IMG/VR virus record: IMGVR_UViG_3300025529_000035
Span: 1 to 25,888 of that record
DNA: 25,888 bases
Direction: 5' to 3' (one strand)
From: a virus
Lineage: Duplodnaviria > Caudoviricetes
The notes beneath the pieces were generated by a model, which saw only the letters and a list, made by a program, of their open reading frames with translations, searched no databases and was not told where the DNA came from. The first letter of the stretch is position 1. Each line of letters starts with the position of its first letter. A program made the translations under genes and the position numbers. Positions 1-8,529 of this stretch are shown in pieces.

Positions 1-87
1 CTCGCAGCCCTTGACCTGCTCAGTCGTGAGCCGGCCTCCGAAAGGCGCGCGCCGGGCGTAGCTGAAGAACGTCGTGCGATTGATCAT
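1..87 (-). CDS. Endolysin, 5' part only (runs off the window); probably glycoside hydrolase family 19-like
   Basis: Absent from the ORF track. Manual translation from ATG at 87 gives MINRTTFFSYARRAPFGGRLTTEQVKGCE, which resembles from memory the N-terminus of Hyphomicrobiales phage lysins. GAGGT RBS upstream, a late-promoter motif copy at 138-147, and position downstream of the tail genes. Confidence 0.65.
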   Translation of the reverse strand, partial: MINRTTFFSYARRAPFGGRLTTEQVKGCE

Positions 88-112
88 CGGGCACCTCGCG
101 CGAGATGCCCGG

Positions 113-147
113 AGGATGCGGGGCGCCCCAATCAGACGCACCGCACA
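113..147 (-). promoter_or_regulatory. Putative phage late promoter copy 1 (endolysin)
   Basis: TGTGCGGTGC (147-138), N19, CATCCT (118-113); 50 nt from motif to ATG 87. Confidence 0.75.
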
Positions 148-317
148 GAGGCGCTATGGCGGCCACTCCATCGGCACGGCGGCCCGCCGAAAGCGACGAT
201 AGCAAAGCCCCACGCCGGAGCGCCCCAAACGAAAAAGGCGGCCCCGATGGCCGCCCCGAAGGAGATGCCGCCGAGGATGGCGGCGATGGCGCCGATCAGC
301 GGCGCCGTGTAGTAGAG

Positions 318-347
318 TGGAGTGCACCCCGTTTGACCGGACAGGCG
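318..347. repeat. IS terminal inverted repeat downstream of orfB (IRR)
   Basis: TGGAGTGCACCCCGTTTGACCGGACAGGCG; near-identical to the reverse complement of 1641-1671. Confidence 0.95.
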
Positions 348-357
348 ACGGTCTGCA

Positions 358-1200
358 TTAAGCACCGGCGGCCTTTGCCCTGAACTCTCGTGGCGAGAGG
401 AAGCGCAAGCCGGAGTGCGGGTGGATTTCATTGTAGTCGTCGAACCATTTCGGCAGCAAGGCGAGGACGGTTTCGGCGTCTGGCAGGATGACGTTTCGGG
501 CGTAATCTCGCTTCAGGGTTTTGACGAAGGCCTCGGAGATTCCATTGCTCTGCGGCGAGCGAACAGGGGTGAAGGCCAACCGTAGCCCAAGTGCTATCGC
601 GGTGGTCGCCGTTTCCCGCGCGATGTAGGCGCTGCCGTTGTCGGACAGCCATTCGACAGGATGCGGCGTTCTCGTCCCGCCGAAGCGCTTCTCGACGGCT
701 TCGACCATCAGATCGCGCACCATCTCGCCCGAGACGCCGGCATGGGCGACGGCCGACCAGGCGATGATCTCACGGTCGCAGGCATCGATGACGAACAGCA
801 CCCGAACGATCTCGCCGTTGCGGCATTTGATCTCGAGGTGGTCCGAGCACCAGCGGATGTTGGAGCGCAGGGCAATGACGACGCCGTCATGGGTGCGGGC
901 CGGACGATAGGCGGTATGGCGCGTCAGCACGAGACCGTTGGCCTGCATGATGCGCAGCACCCGCTTGGCGTTGACCGACGGCAGGTCCTGGGCGCGCCGC
1001 TCGCGGTTGAGCAGAGCCGTGATGCGGCGATAGCCATAGGTCGGCCGCTGATCGACCAGCCTGCGGATCGCGGGCAGCACGGCCACATCTTCAGCCTTGG
1101 TGTATGGCTTGCGCGTCGCCGGGCTTTCGAGAGGGCGTTTCTTCGCCTGCTCGACGAGGTTGGAGCGGGAAACGCCGAGCGTGTCGGCGACCGTCTTCAC
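358..1200 (-). CDS. IS3-family transposase OrfB (HTH plus rve/DDE integrase core)
   Basis: YGYRRITALL, WCSD, WLSDNGSAY, PQSNGISEAFVKTLK, YNEIHPHSGL motifs; GTG start overlaps the orfA stop. Confidence 0.95.
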   Translation of the reverse strand: MKTVADTLGVSRSNLVEQAKKRPLESPATRKPYTKAEDVAVLPAIRRLVDQRPTYGYRRITALLNRERRAQDLPSVNAKRVLRIMQANGLVLTRHTAYRPARTHDGVVIALRSNIRWCSDHLEIKCRNGEIVRVLFVIDACDREIIAWSAVAHAGVSGEMVRDLMVEAVEKRFGGTRTPHPVEWLSDNGSAYIARETATTAIALGLRLAFTPVRSPQSNGISEAFVKTLKRDYARNVILPDAETVLALLPKWFDDYNEIHPHSGLRFLSPREFRAKAAGA

Positions 1201-1610
1201 AGCGAACCGTCCTGATCGAACGAGGCGAGCCGCAACACTGGCTTTTTGGGGGCGGCAAGATCGAGCGCCTCCTTGAGGATCTCGACCTCCATGGTCTTCT
1301 TGCCCAGCATGCGCTCCAGATCACGCACGCGTTTCTCGAGTTCGCGCACACGGCCTGCGCCAACGACATCGTCATCGGCCTGAACGGCGGTCGCACCGCC
1401 TTCGAGCATACGGCGCTTCCACGCAAAGAGCTGGCTGGGTGCGATACCGGCCCGGCGTGCCACATAGGACACCGACATGCCGGGCTGCATGGCCTCTTCG
1501 ACGAGGCGCACTTTCTCGGCCGTGGTCCAGCGCCGCCGGCGCTGCACCGAGGTGATCACTTCAACACGAGGCGAAGGCGAGAACGGATCAGAAGTCATAG
1601 TCATAATCAT
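1197..1610 (-). CDS. IS3-family transposase OrfA (HTH plus leucine zipper)
   Basis: RRRRWTTAEKVRLV...VARRAGIAPSQLFAWKR HTH followed by a coiled coil; exact start among several ATGs is uncertain. Confidence 0.93.
   Translation of the reverse strand: MIMTMTSDPFSPSPRVEVITSVQRRRRWTTAEKVRLVEEAMQPGMSVSYVARRAGIAPSQLFAWKRRMLEGGATAVQADDDVVGAGRVRELEKRVRDLERMLGKKTMEVEILKEALDLAAPKKPVLRLASFDQDGSL
1242..1252 (-). other. Probable -1 programmed frameshift site producing OrfAB
   Basis: CCC AAA AAG in the orfA frame; the -1 frame is open (..KASVAARLVRSGRFAVKTVAD) and continuous with orfB, as is typical of IS3. Confidence 0.7.
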
Positions 1611-1640
1611 AGGCGTATGCCTATGCCTTATCGGCTATGC

Positions 1641-1671
1641 CGCCTGTCCGGTCAAAACAGGGTGCACTCCA
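1641..1671. repeat. IS terminal inverted repeat upstream of orfA (IRL)
   Basis: CGCCTGTCCGGTCAAAACAGGGTGCACTCCA. Confidence 0.95.
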
Positions 1672-1768
1672 TAGAGCGCCCGGCCGGGGAGCCAGTCGGG
1701 CATCCAGCGATCATCCCCGCGCGCACGGTTGAGCACGGCGCAGGCGGCTATGGTAAAGATGGCGGTCG

Positions 1769-1837
1769 TCATAGCGCGGCGGCCTCCGTCCACATGGCGT
1801 CGATTTGCTCCGGCGTCAGACCAAGCGCGGCTCCGCT
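1769..1837 (-). pseudogene. 3' remnant of a tail-fibre-associated small protein gene
   Basis: SGAALGLTPEQIDAMWTEAAAL* resembles the LGLTxEQIDAxF/WxxAAxL C-terminus of small proteins encoded after phage tail fibres. Its TGA overlaps the next ATG (ATGA), but an in-frame TGA lies immediately upstream at 1838-1840. Confidence 0.55.
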
Positions 1838-2057
1838 TCACGTCTTTCAGCTTCCCCGCCCGCCATGCGGCTTCGAGCCGGTCCATGGCCTGCGCATCTC
1901 GCCGAACTCAACGGAATCGATCATGGTGTGGTCCGTTTCATGTAGTCGTTTTGCCAGATAGTTGATTTGATGGGATACGTCATCCACGGCCCGCCCTGCA
2001 GTTGTTTGTCCGCCGAATGGTAGCGGCGCAGGACTGGGCCACGGATACGTTTAGCAT

Positions 2058-4034
2058 TTAGTTTGCGACACGCAATATTCGGAACCCCACTCCGCCAGAA
2101 TCTGCTTCACCGATCTCAACCCTTGACAGCGTTACGGTGCCTCCGCGATTGACAGCCAGCAGAACGCCTACTTGTGAAGGACCAAATGGGTAATCCGCCT
2201 GAACTGAAATTGCACCACTTGAGTAAAGCTGTACCGACGCGTTGGCGGTTACTAGGTGCTGTGTTCCGGCATTAGATACGCGAAGTCCCCCAGCGATGAT
2301 CTTGTACCGCGGGTCCGCTTGGTTTGCTGAGCCTAAAATCGTCGTGGCAGTCCCTGCGTCTGTGACTTGGGTGGTATCCCCAGACAGGACGATGTTGGCA
2401 ATGCTGTCGGCATCAATGTTGACAGTCAACACTCCAGCATCAATGCTCGAACGAATAACTCGGTTCAGGTCAAACGCACCAGATGCGTTTGCCACGGCAC
2501 CCTCAGTGCGCGGGTTGATTACGCACAGGTCGATGACATCCCCGATACCCGCAAGGCCGTCTGCTCGCACTGCTCCGTCGATGGTTTCAAAAGTGTGGTT
2601 TGCGATCAGAAAGCCGGTGCTGGGCCGAGTTAAAACCGTGATCTTGACGCCATGCTTAGAAGCAAATGCAGATGAGCAACCATTGAGCACGATCCCCCGG
2701 CAGTCCACAAACTCAAATGGGTAGCACGGCGCTTTGCCGTGCCATTCATAGGTGCCGAAGGCTTTGCACGCCGTCAGCACAGCCTCCTGTAGATTGGAGA
2801 GGTAGAACAGCGGTGCGGTGGCGGTTGCGTTCTTGTGTCTGGCTAAACAGTTTTCCAATACCACTGTTTGCGAGATGGTGTCAGCCGTGTTATCGGGGTC
2901 AGGCTCGATGCGGTAGCCGTTGTACCCGTCTGCCACGTCTTCCACGTACAGATTGCGCAAAGAAACACCGTCATAAGGCTTTAGCATATGCACGCCGTGG
3001 CCGGTGAATCCATTCATGTGGATGCTCAGGTTTTCGACGCCTGCACCTACCATGCTGTAATAGGAGAGTATTTGGTCGAACTTGAAAACTGCGGCATCGC
3101 CAAGATCGGCGGCAACAGTAATCTTGGTGGCATCCAGTCCCTCGCCTATGATGCGCACACCTGTCCGCTGAAAAAGCGTTTGCCCGGTAACTTTGTACAG
3201 ACCCTTCGGCACAAACAGCACACCCCCGTTGGATTCGAAAAGCGAACCCCCAGAACCGAAATACGCCGCAGCAGCCTGGAATGCGGCCGTGTCATCAGTC
3301 ACACCATCCCCAACCGCGCCGAAATCCTTGACGCTCACGAACTCGCGCAGCTTATCCTGCACGGTGCGATAGACCGCATCAGTGCCCGCCTGAAGGAACG
3401 AAAGTTTGCTCGCACGCACCGCGTCAGGGTGACTGGGGGAAGGTGGATCGAAGACTTTCGGATCGGTGACGGCGCCGTCAGCGATCTTCGACGAGATCAC
3501 TGCATTATCGCCAATGTCGCCGCTGTGAATCTCGTTCGGCTGAAGCGGGATGAAATTCCCGTTCCCGTCCCACCCGACGTACTTGCCGATGCGATCTGCA
3601 ATTGGCGGGAGTTCCAGCCCTTGCTCCCCCAGTGGAACGCGGATCGTCCGGCGAAGGCGCTGAAAGAGTTCGCGGCAGATCGCCGTCAGGGTGTTGAATT
3701 CGGTATTGTGGTCCCGCGCCGGGATGCCGCGCCCCTCGGCGAATTGTGCCTCGGCAGGCCGCCGCGGGGCGCGGTTCCCCTCGATGTAGAGCGAGCCAGA
3801 GATAGGAGCGTCGAAGGAGATCGAGCCGTTCACCCACGTGTTCGGCGCGCCATAGAAGCCCGGCTCCAGCGTACCGGTGAAGCTCCAACCGCTGGTGACA
3901 ACCTGCCCGTTCAGCGTCACCTCGAGATCGGCGCCGGTCGGATCGAAGACCGGGAACGGCACCGGGAACGGGCCGGTCGAGTTGTTGGGCGTGTAGTGAA
4001 CGAAGCGGTCAGCGTTAGCGATGTTGGCGGGCAT
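2058..4034 (-). CDS. Tailspike / receptor-binding protein: N-terminal tail-attachment domain plus pectate-lyase-like beta-helix (putative polysaccharide depolymerase)
   Basis: N-terminal GPFPVPFPVFD..DLEVTLNG adaptor-like region; VSVKDFGAVGDGVTDDTAAFQAA motif followed by beta-helix-like sequence; position after the internal virion genes. Confidence 0.88.
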   Translation of the reverse strand: MPANIANADRFVHYTPNNSTGPFPVPFPVFDPTGADLEVTLNGQVVTSGWSFTGTLEPGFYGAPNTWVNGSISFDAPISGSLYIEGNRAPRRPAEAQFAEGRGIPARDHNTEFNTLTAICRELFQRLRRTIRVPLGEQGLELPPIADRIGKYVGWDGNGNFIPLQPNEIHSGDIGDNAVISSKIADGAVTDPKVFDPPSPSHPDAVRASKLSFLQAGTDAVYRTVQDKLREFVSVKDFGAVGDGVTDDTAAFQAAAAYFGSGGSLFESNGGVLFVPKGLYKVTGQTLFQRTGVRIIGEGLDATKITVAADLGDAAVFKFDQILSYYSMVGAGVENLSIHMNGFTGHGVHMLKPYDGVSLRNLYVEDVADGYNGYRIEPDPDNTADTISQTVVLENCLARHKNATATAPLFYLSNLQEAVLTACKAFGTYEWHGKAPCYPFEFVDCRGIVLNGCSSAFASKHGVKITVLTRPSTGFLIANHTFETIDGAVRADGLAGIGDVIDLCVINPRTEGAVANASGAFDLNRVIRSSIDAGVLTVNIDADSIANIVLSGDTTQVTDAGTATTILGSANQADPRYKIIAGGLRVSNAGTQHLVTANASVQLYSSGAISVQADYPFGPSQVGVLLAVNRGGTVTLSRVEIGEADSGGVGFRILRVAN

Positions 4035-4058
4035 GTCGGCACCTGTTGAGATGCCGAC

Positions 4059-4093
4059 ACCCTGCGATCGCGGGCCGATGCCCGCACCGCACA
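4059..4093 (-). promoter_or_regulatory. Putative phage late promoter copy 2 (tailspike)
   Basis: TGTGCGGTGC (4093-4084), N19, CAGGGT (4064-4059); 49 nt to ATG 4034. Confidence 0.8.
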
Positions 4094-4098
4094 GCGGG

Positions 4099-7000
4099 TT
4101 ACTGCCGCCGCTCCGGAATCCCGAAGGCGTTGTTCACCCCGTCCTCTACTTGATCAAGAAGCCTCCTGATCCAGAACAAATTCTGGAAGAACATCAGCCG
4201 GCGCAGCGCCGTCGTGTCCGAAGCCGTCCACTCGCCGGTGGCGGCGGCGCCCGTCACCTGGGAGACTTTCTCGATCTTGCCAGCCGTCGGCCCAAGTAGC
4301 GCCGACAGGACCGAGCGCGAAGCATAGCGGGACAGCGGCCGGTCGGCTCCAATCAGCCGGAAGGCGTCTAGCTGCCCCCGCGTCGCCTTGGCCGTGAGCG
4401 AGTTCACTTCGTCGAACCACCCCATGACACCGGAGCGCGACAGCCCTTCCTTGATCCAGTCCTGCGGCCGGTCGCTGGCATCCTGCCCCGCGGCCCACGT
4501 GTAGGCCCGATACGACAGCATGCCCAGCGCCACCGAGAAGATGAGCCCCTGCAGGGCAGCAGCGTCGGCACGCTGCAGATTCGCGATCAGCAGGCGCTCG
4601 TTCGCCGCGGCGATGAACGACTTGAACTGCCCGAGCAGGCTCCAGATCGGATCGCTCATCCAGAGCGGCCGTTCAAGGCCGGGCGTCACCACGAGGGCGT
4701 CGGCTTCCTTGCCCATGGCCGCCTCAAAGGCAAGCGCGGCGCCGCGATCCTGCCAGGCACCCGTGTTCGGCAGGCGCACGCCGTCGACCACCTCGCCGCC
4801 GCCCTCCTCGTTGAACGCCTTCCAGATGCGCTCGGCCATGGCCGCGTCGATGTTGTTCTCCGCGAGCATGGTGATGTCTCGCTTGCTCGCCCGTCCTTCC
4901 ACCACGCGGCGGATCATGCGCAGGTGCTCCGACGACGCCACGGAATAGGCAATCGTCTTCACGGCATCCGTCCACGGGGCCTGGAAGTTGACGAGCTGCG
5001 AGCGATTGGCGCCCCACTGCAAGGCGCGCTCGAAGCGGGTATCGGGCCGGTAGCCCTCAATCAGATCGTTGAGCTGGTGCGCGCGGATGTTCAGTTCCGT
5101 CTCGATTGCCACGCCCGTCGCTCGAGCCTGGCGTTTGGCCACGCCGTAGACTTTCGACCGACCGACGAGCCCGGAGAAAAACGGTATCCATCCATCCCGC
5201 AAGACGTTCATGAAGGCATAACGGAACACCACGCCGGCGGCATCGCCGAAGGAGTTGAGCATCGCGCCGCCAAGATCGGCGATGGTATTCCAGGCGTGCA
5301 CAGCTGCCGACACGCGGCCGAGCATGCGGCGGTCGGCACTCCAGCCATAGATGCCACGAATCCGGTCGCGCGTGGCGGCGAGGTCGCGGATGAGCTGGGT
5401 CCGCTCCTTCTCGATGGCAATGCGCTCCGCCTCGGTCTTGGCAGCCGCGGCCTTCGCTGCAGACGCTTCGTTGATCCGCCGCATCTGCTCCGTCATGTTC
5501 ACGTCGCCGAAGCGGGTCGTCAGATGCAGGTCGGGCAGCACCGTCCGCATGACAACTCTCATGATGTGCTCGACGTCCTGCTCGACGAAATCCCACACGA
5601 GCTGCGTAGGGATGGCGAAGTCGCGGGATTTGAGCGAGCCCCGCAGGTCGTCCGACTGTCTCACGCCGCCGGGCTGCGGCGAGGCGATATCGTAGGGCAG
5701 GCGACCATCTGGCGAGCCGAGGATGCGGTCGATGATCTCGTCGGCTCGGCTCGCGATCTCATCGGGCGTCCAGTCGTAATCCGTCTCGACGATGCGCCGG
5801 GCCGCCCGGTCCACTGCCCGATCCGCAGCCCGCAACCGCGGGGCGTTCTCGGCACGGCCGGCCGCCGCCTCGTCCCGTGTCTTGAGCGCAGACACGGCAT
5901 CCGCGGCGGAGTTGCCCTTCCAGCCGCGCAGCTCCTCCTCGAGACGGGCCCGCGTCTTCTCCATCGCCTCGTCGGCAAGAGCCCTCGCCCGTTCCAGCAT
6001 CTCGCGCTGCGCCTGGGCCCGGTCGAGGCGATCCGACAGGATACCGAGCCGCCCGCGGTTCGCTCGCTCCGCCAGGGCAGCCTCGTCGACGCGGGCCTCC
6101 GCAATGCCGAGCTGCCGCGCCTTCGTCCTGCCGGCGCGAATTGCCTTGTCGCGGGCCGCGCGAATATCGGCGATTGCCTCACGCCGAGCGGCGATGATCC
6201 CCGCCACCTGCTCGGCACGGGCACCGGGCGGCACCGGCTGGCCGACGGCCTCCATCGCCGCCAGCTCCCGCTCGAGGTCATCGAGCGTCCGCGGCACGCT
6301 CTCGCCCCGCAGCAGGTAGTACCAGTCATCGGCCGTCTGCGGATCGACGCCAGCCTCGCGCGCCATATCGTCGAGGATACGCACCATCTCGTCGACGCGC
6401 GCCGCCTTGGTCGGCTGTCCGTTCTCGTCGACGAGGAACCACCAGGGCGGGTTGCCGCGCTGGGCCTCGTCGATGATCCGCAGCACCTCGTTGTACGACG
6501 GCCGGCCGTCAGGGAAGGCGAAGCCGAATTGGTCGTAGAGGTATTCGCCCCACTCGTCGATGGTGCGCCCGCGGCCCGTCTTGCGCACGAGGCCGACTAC
6601 CGCGCGGGCGTCGCCGAGAATGGCCACCACCTCGCCGTGGTCGTCGACGATGCCGCCGTTCTTCGCCATCCAGGCAAGGAAGCTCGGCAGCCGGTGGCTC
6701 TTGTTGCGCCCGGTCAGGATGTTGATTGCCGTGCGCACGTCCCCGGTGAGGATCGAGCGCTTTTCCTCCTTCTCGATCTTGTCGAGGTCGGCTTCCGTGA
6801 TCGGCTTATCGGCGCGACGCAGGGCCGCCAGCTCGCGCTCGAGCTCGCGCAGTTGCTCGGTCAGCTCGGGCGAGCGCAATTCCGCCTTCATCGCGTCGAT
6901 GAACTCGGCGAGCTCCGAAATCTCCTCCGCGATGAGCGAGGCCCGCTCCTCCAGCGCGTCAGTCCGCGCCGCTGTGCGGCGCACCTCCATCCCGCGCTCG

Positions 7001-8529
7001 TCTAGCCGGGACTCCAGATCGGCCGTGCGCGCGGCAAGCCTCTCCTGCTTCGCCTCCAGCTTGGCAATGGCCGCTTCGAGCCGGTCGCGCTCCGCGACCA
7101 GCTCCATGATCCGCTCGCGGGCGGCGACCTTCTCCGCCTGCTCGGCGGCGAGCCAGTCCACGATGCGCTTCTTGAAATCGTGGCGGCGAGCGGCGATGAC
7201 CGACTTGTTCCAGATGCGCGCGAACCACGAGGGGTCGCCCTTTGGCCCGTCCACATCCTCCGGCAGCAGACCTGCCGCCTTGAGATCGCGCTCGAGCGGC
7301 TTGAGGATGTTCGCGCGCAGCTTTTGCGCCGCCTCTTGCACTTCGACAATCGGGTGGACATCACCGGACATGAGCGCCCGCGTCACCTCGCGCTTGAAGT
7401 CGCTATATGACAGCTTGTCGCCGTTCCGTCCGAGCAGGTCGTCGAGATTCGAGCGCGCGATGGGGGCCGTGTTGGGTGCCTGGTCGCCGTAGCGATAGCG
7501 GATGAACGTGTCGCGCAGCGTGTCGCTCGTTTCGATGGCCGCACGCACCTTCTGCAGCGTGACGATACGGGAGACGGGCGGCCCGCCCAGCGAGGTCGGG
7601 ATGCCGAGCGTGTTGTCCTCGAAGCGCAGGACCGTTTCGGAAAGATCGGCCATCACCCGCTTCGCCGGCACGTTGTCCGACGAGAAGATACGCAGCGTAG
7701 GCGACGTGCGCTTGATGAGGTCGCCGATGACCGGCACGCGGTCCAGCCCGAACGAAACCAGCCGCAGCTCGCGCGGGTCCGTGGCCGCGGCACCCGCGGA
7801 GGCTGGCATTGTAAAGCCGTCCCGCACCGACGGCTCCTCGACGCCTGCCTGGCGCGACAGCGCCGCGCGGTCGACGTCCAGAGCCGCTTCCAGCGCCCGG
7901 CGCTCGGCACGCGAGAGCAGCGCCGCCGCGCCGCCGCCAATGAGGCCCGACAGGAGAGTAGCCGTGCCGATTTTGATCAGCGATTCCTCGGGCGTGCGCG
8001 TCACCTGCGACGCCTGCAGCGCCGCCTCGGAGACCGTCGCCTGCAGGCCGCCGGCGAGGCCCACAAGCCCGGCCGACTTGGCGATGGAATAGCCGCCCCG
8101 CACGGATCGCACGAGGCCCGCGCCCGGCAGGAAGATGAGCGGATCGATGACACCCGCCGCGATGCCTGCCGCAATGCCCCAGCCGCCTGCATCCTCCAGA
8201 ATTTGTCGGTCGCGCTCCTCGGCATCGATACGCGCCATGATCGAGCGCGTTTCCTCCTCGTTTCGGGAGGTGAGGAAGCGGTCGATATAGTCGCGCTCAT
8301 AGCGCGTGCCGCGGATCGTCTCGAGCGGGTTGTGGTCAGGGTCGGCCGGCGCCCGCTGCTGAGCTTCGAGCGCCCGTATGAGCGAGGCCACCGAGTTTTC
8401 CATGCGAAACGCCGAGCGGATCGTGTCGCCGATGGTCGGCTCGTAGCCCGCGAAAGGATTTGGTTCCGGCCGCCCCGTGACCTCGCGAAACTCGAGGCCG
8501 GTCGGCTGTTCCTCGGGGAAGAGCGGCAT
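4099..8529 (-). CDS. Large internal virion / DNA ejection protein (T7 gp16 position), 1476 aa
   Basis: Synteny (last and largest core gene before the tailspike), Gly/Ala-rich hydrophobic N-terminal segments, long coiled coils, C-terminal LLGQFKSF motif. Confidence 0.75.
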   Translation of the reverse strand: MPLFPEEQPTGLEFREVTGRPEPNPFAGYEPTIGDTIRSAFRMENSVASLIRALEAQQRAPADPDHNPLETIRGTRYERDYIDRFLTSRNEEETRSIMARIDAEERDRQILEDAGGWGIAAGIAAGVIDPLIFLPGAGLVRSVRGGYSIAKSAGLVGLAGGLQATVSEAALQASQVTRTPEESLIKIGTATLLSGLIGGGAAALLSRAERRALEAALDVDRAALSRQAGVEEPSVRDGFTMPASAGAAATDPRELRLVSFGLDRVPVIGDLIKRTSPTLRIFSSDNVPAKRVMADLSETVLRFEDNTLGIPTSLGGPPVSRIVTLQKVRAAIETSDTLRDTFIRYRYGDQAPNTAPIARSNLDDLLGRNGDKLSYSDFKREVTRALMSGDVHPIVEVQEAAQKLRANILKPLERDLKAAGLLPEDVDGPKGDPSWFARIWNKSVIAARRHDFKKRIVDWLAAEQAEKVAARERIMELVAERDRLEAAIAKLEAKQERLAARTADLESRLDERGMEVRRTAARTDALEERASLIAEEISELAEFIDAMKAELRSPELTEQLRELERELAALRRADKPITEADLDKIEKEEKRSILTGDVRTAINILTGRNKSHRLPSFLAWMAKNGGIVDDHGEVVAILGDARAVVGLVRKTGRGRTIDEWGEYLYDQFGFAFPDGRPSYNEVLRIIDEAQRGNPPWWFLVDENGQPTKAARVDEMVRILDDMAREAGVDPQTADDWYYLLRGESVPRTLDDLERELAAMEAVGQPVPPGARAEQVAGIIAARREAIADIRAARDKAIRAGRTKARQLGIAEARVDEAALAERANRGRLGILSDRLDRAQAQREMLERARALADEAMEKTRARLEEELRGWKGNSAADAVSALKTRDEAAAGRAENAPRLRAADRAVDRAARRIVETDYDWTPDEIASRADEIIDRILGSPDGRLPYDIASPQPGGVRQSDDLRGSLKSRDFAIPTQLVWDFVEQDVEHIMRVVMRTVLPDLHLTTRFGDVNMTEQMRRINEASAAKAAAAKTEAERIAIEKERTQLIRDLAATRDRIRGIYGWSADRRMLGRVSAAVHAWNTIADLGGAMLNSFGDAAGVVFRYAFMNVLRDGWIPFFSGLVGRSKVYGVAKRQARATGVAIETELNIRAHQLNDLIEGYRPDTRFERALQWGANRSQLVNFQAPWTDAVKTIAYSVASSEHLRMIRRVVEGRASKRDITMLAENNIDAAMAERIWKAFNEEGGGEVVDGVRLPNTGAWQDRGAALAFEAAMGKEADALVVTPGLERPLWMSDPIWSLLGQFKSFIAAANERLLIANLQRADAAALQGLIFSVALGMLSYRAYTWAAGQDASDRPQDWIKEGLSRSGVMGWFDEVNSLTAKATRGQLDAFRLIGADRPLSRYASRSVLSALLGPTAGKIEKVSQVTGAAATGEWTASDTTALRRLMFFQNLFWIRRLLDQVEDGVNNAFGIPERRQ

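Larger units (their letters stand above)
318..1671 (-). mobile_element. Complete IS3-family insertion sequence (IS2-like), 1354 bp
   Basis: TG...CA ends, imperfect 30/31-bp terminal inverted repeats, 5-bp direct repeat TAGAG at 313-317 and 1672-1676, orfA/orfB organisation. Confidence 0.96.
132..1772 (-). pseudogene. Small phage membrane protein gene split by the IS3 element (5' part 1672-1772, 3' part 132-312)
   Basis: Removing the IS and one TAGAG restores a 93-aa frame: MTTAIFTIAACAVLNRARGDDRWMPDWLPGRALY/YTAPLIGAIAAILGGISFGAAIGAAFFVWGAPAWGFAIVAFGG... GGAGG RBS before ATG 1772; hydrophobic segments. Confidence 0.8.

Noticed and set aside
1847-1987. Short GTG-started ORF (MDDVSHQINYLAKRLHETDH...) after the tailspike
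   Set aside because: Under 50 codons, weak RBS, no recognisable family; may be part of the recombination scar.
2058-4034. Diversity-generating retroelement as in BPP-1
   Set aside because: No reverse transcriptase and no TR/VR repeat pair seen in the window.
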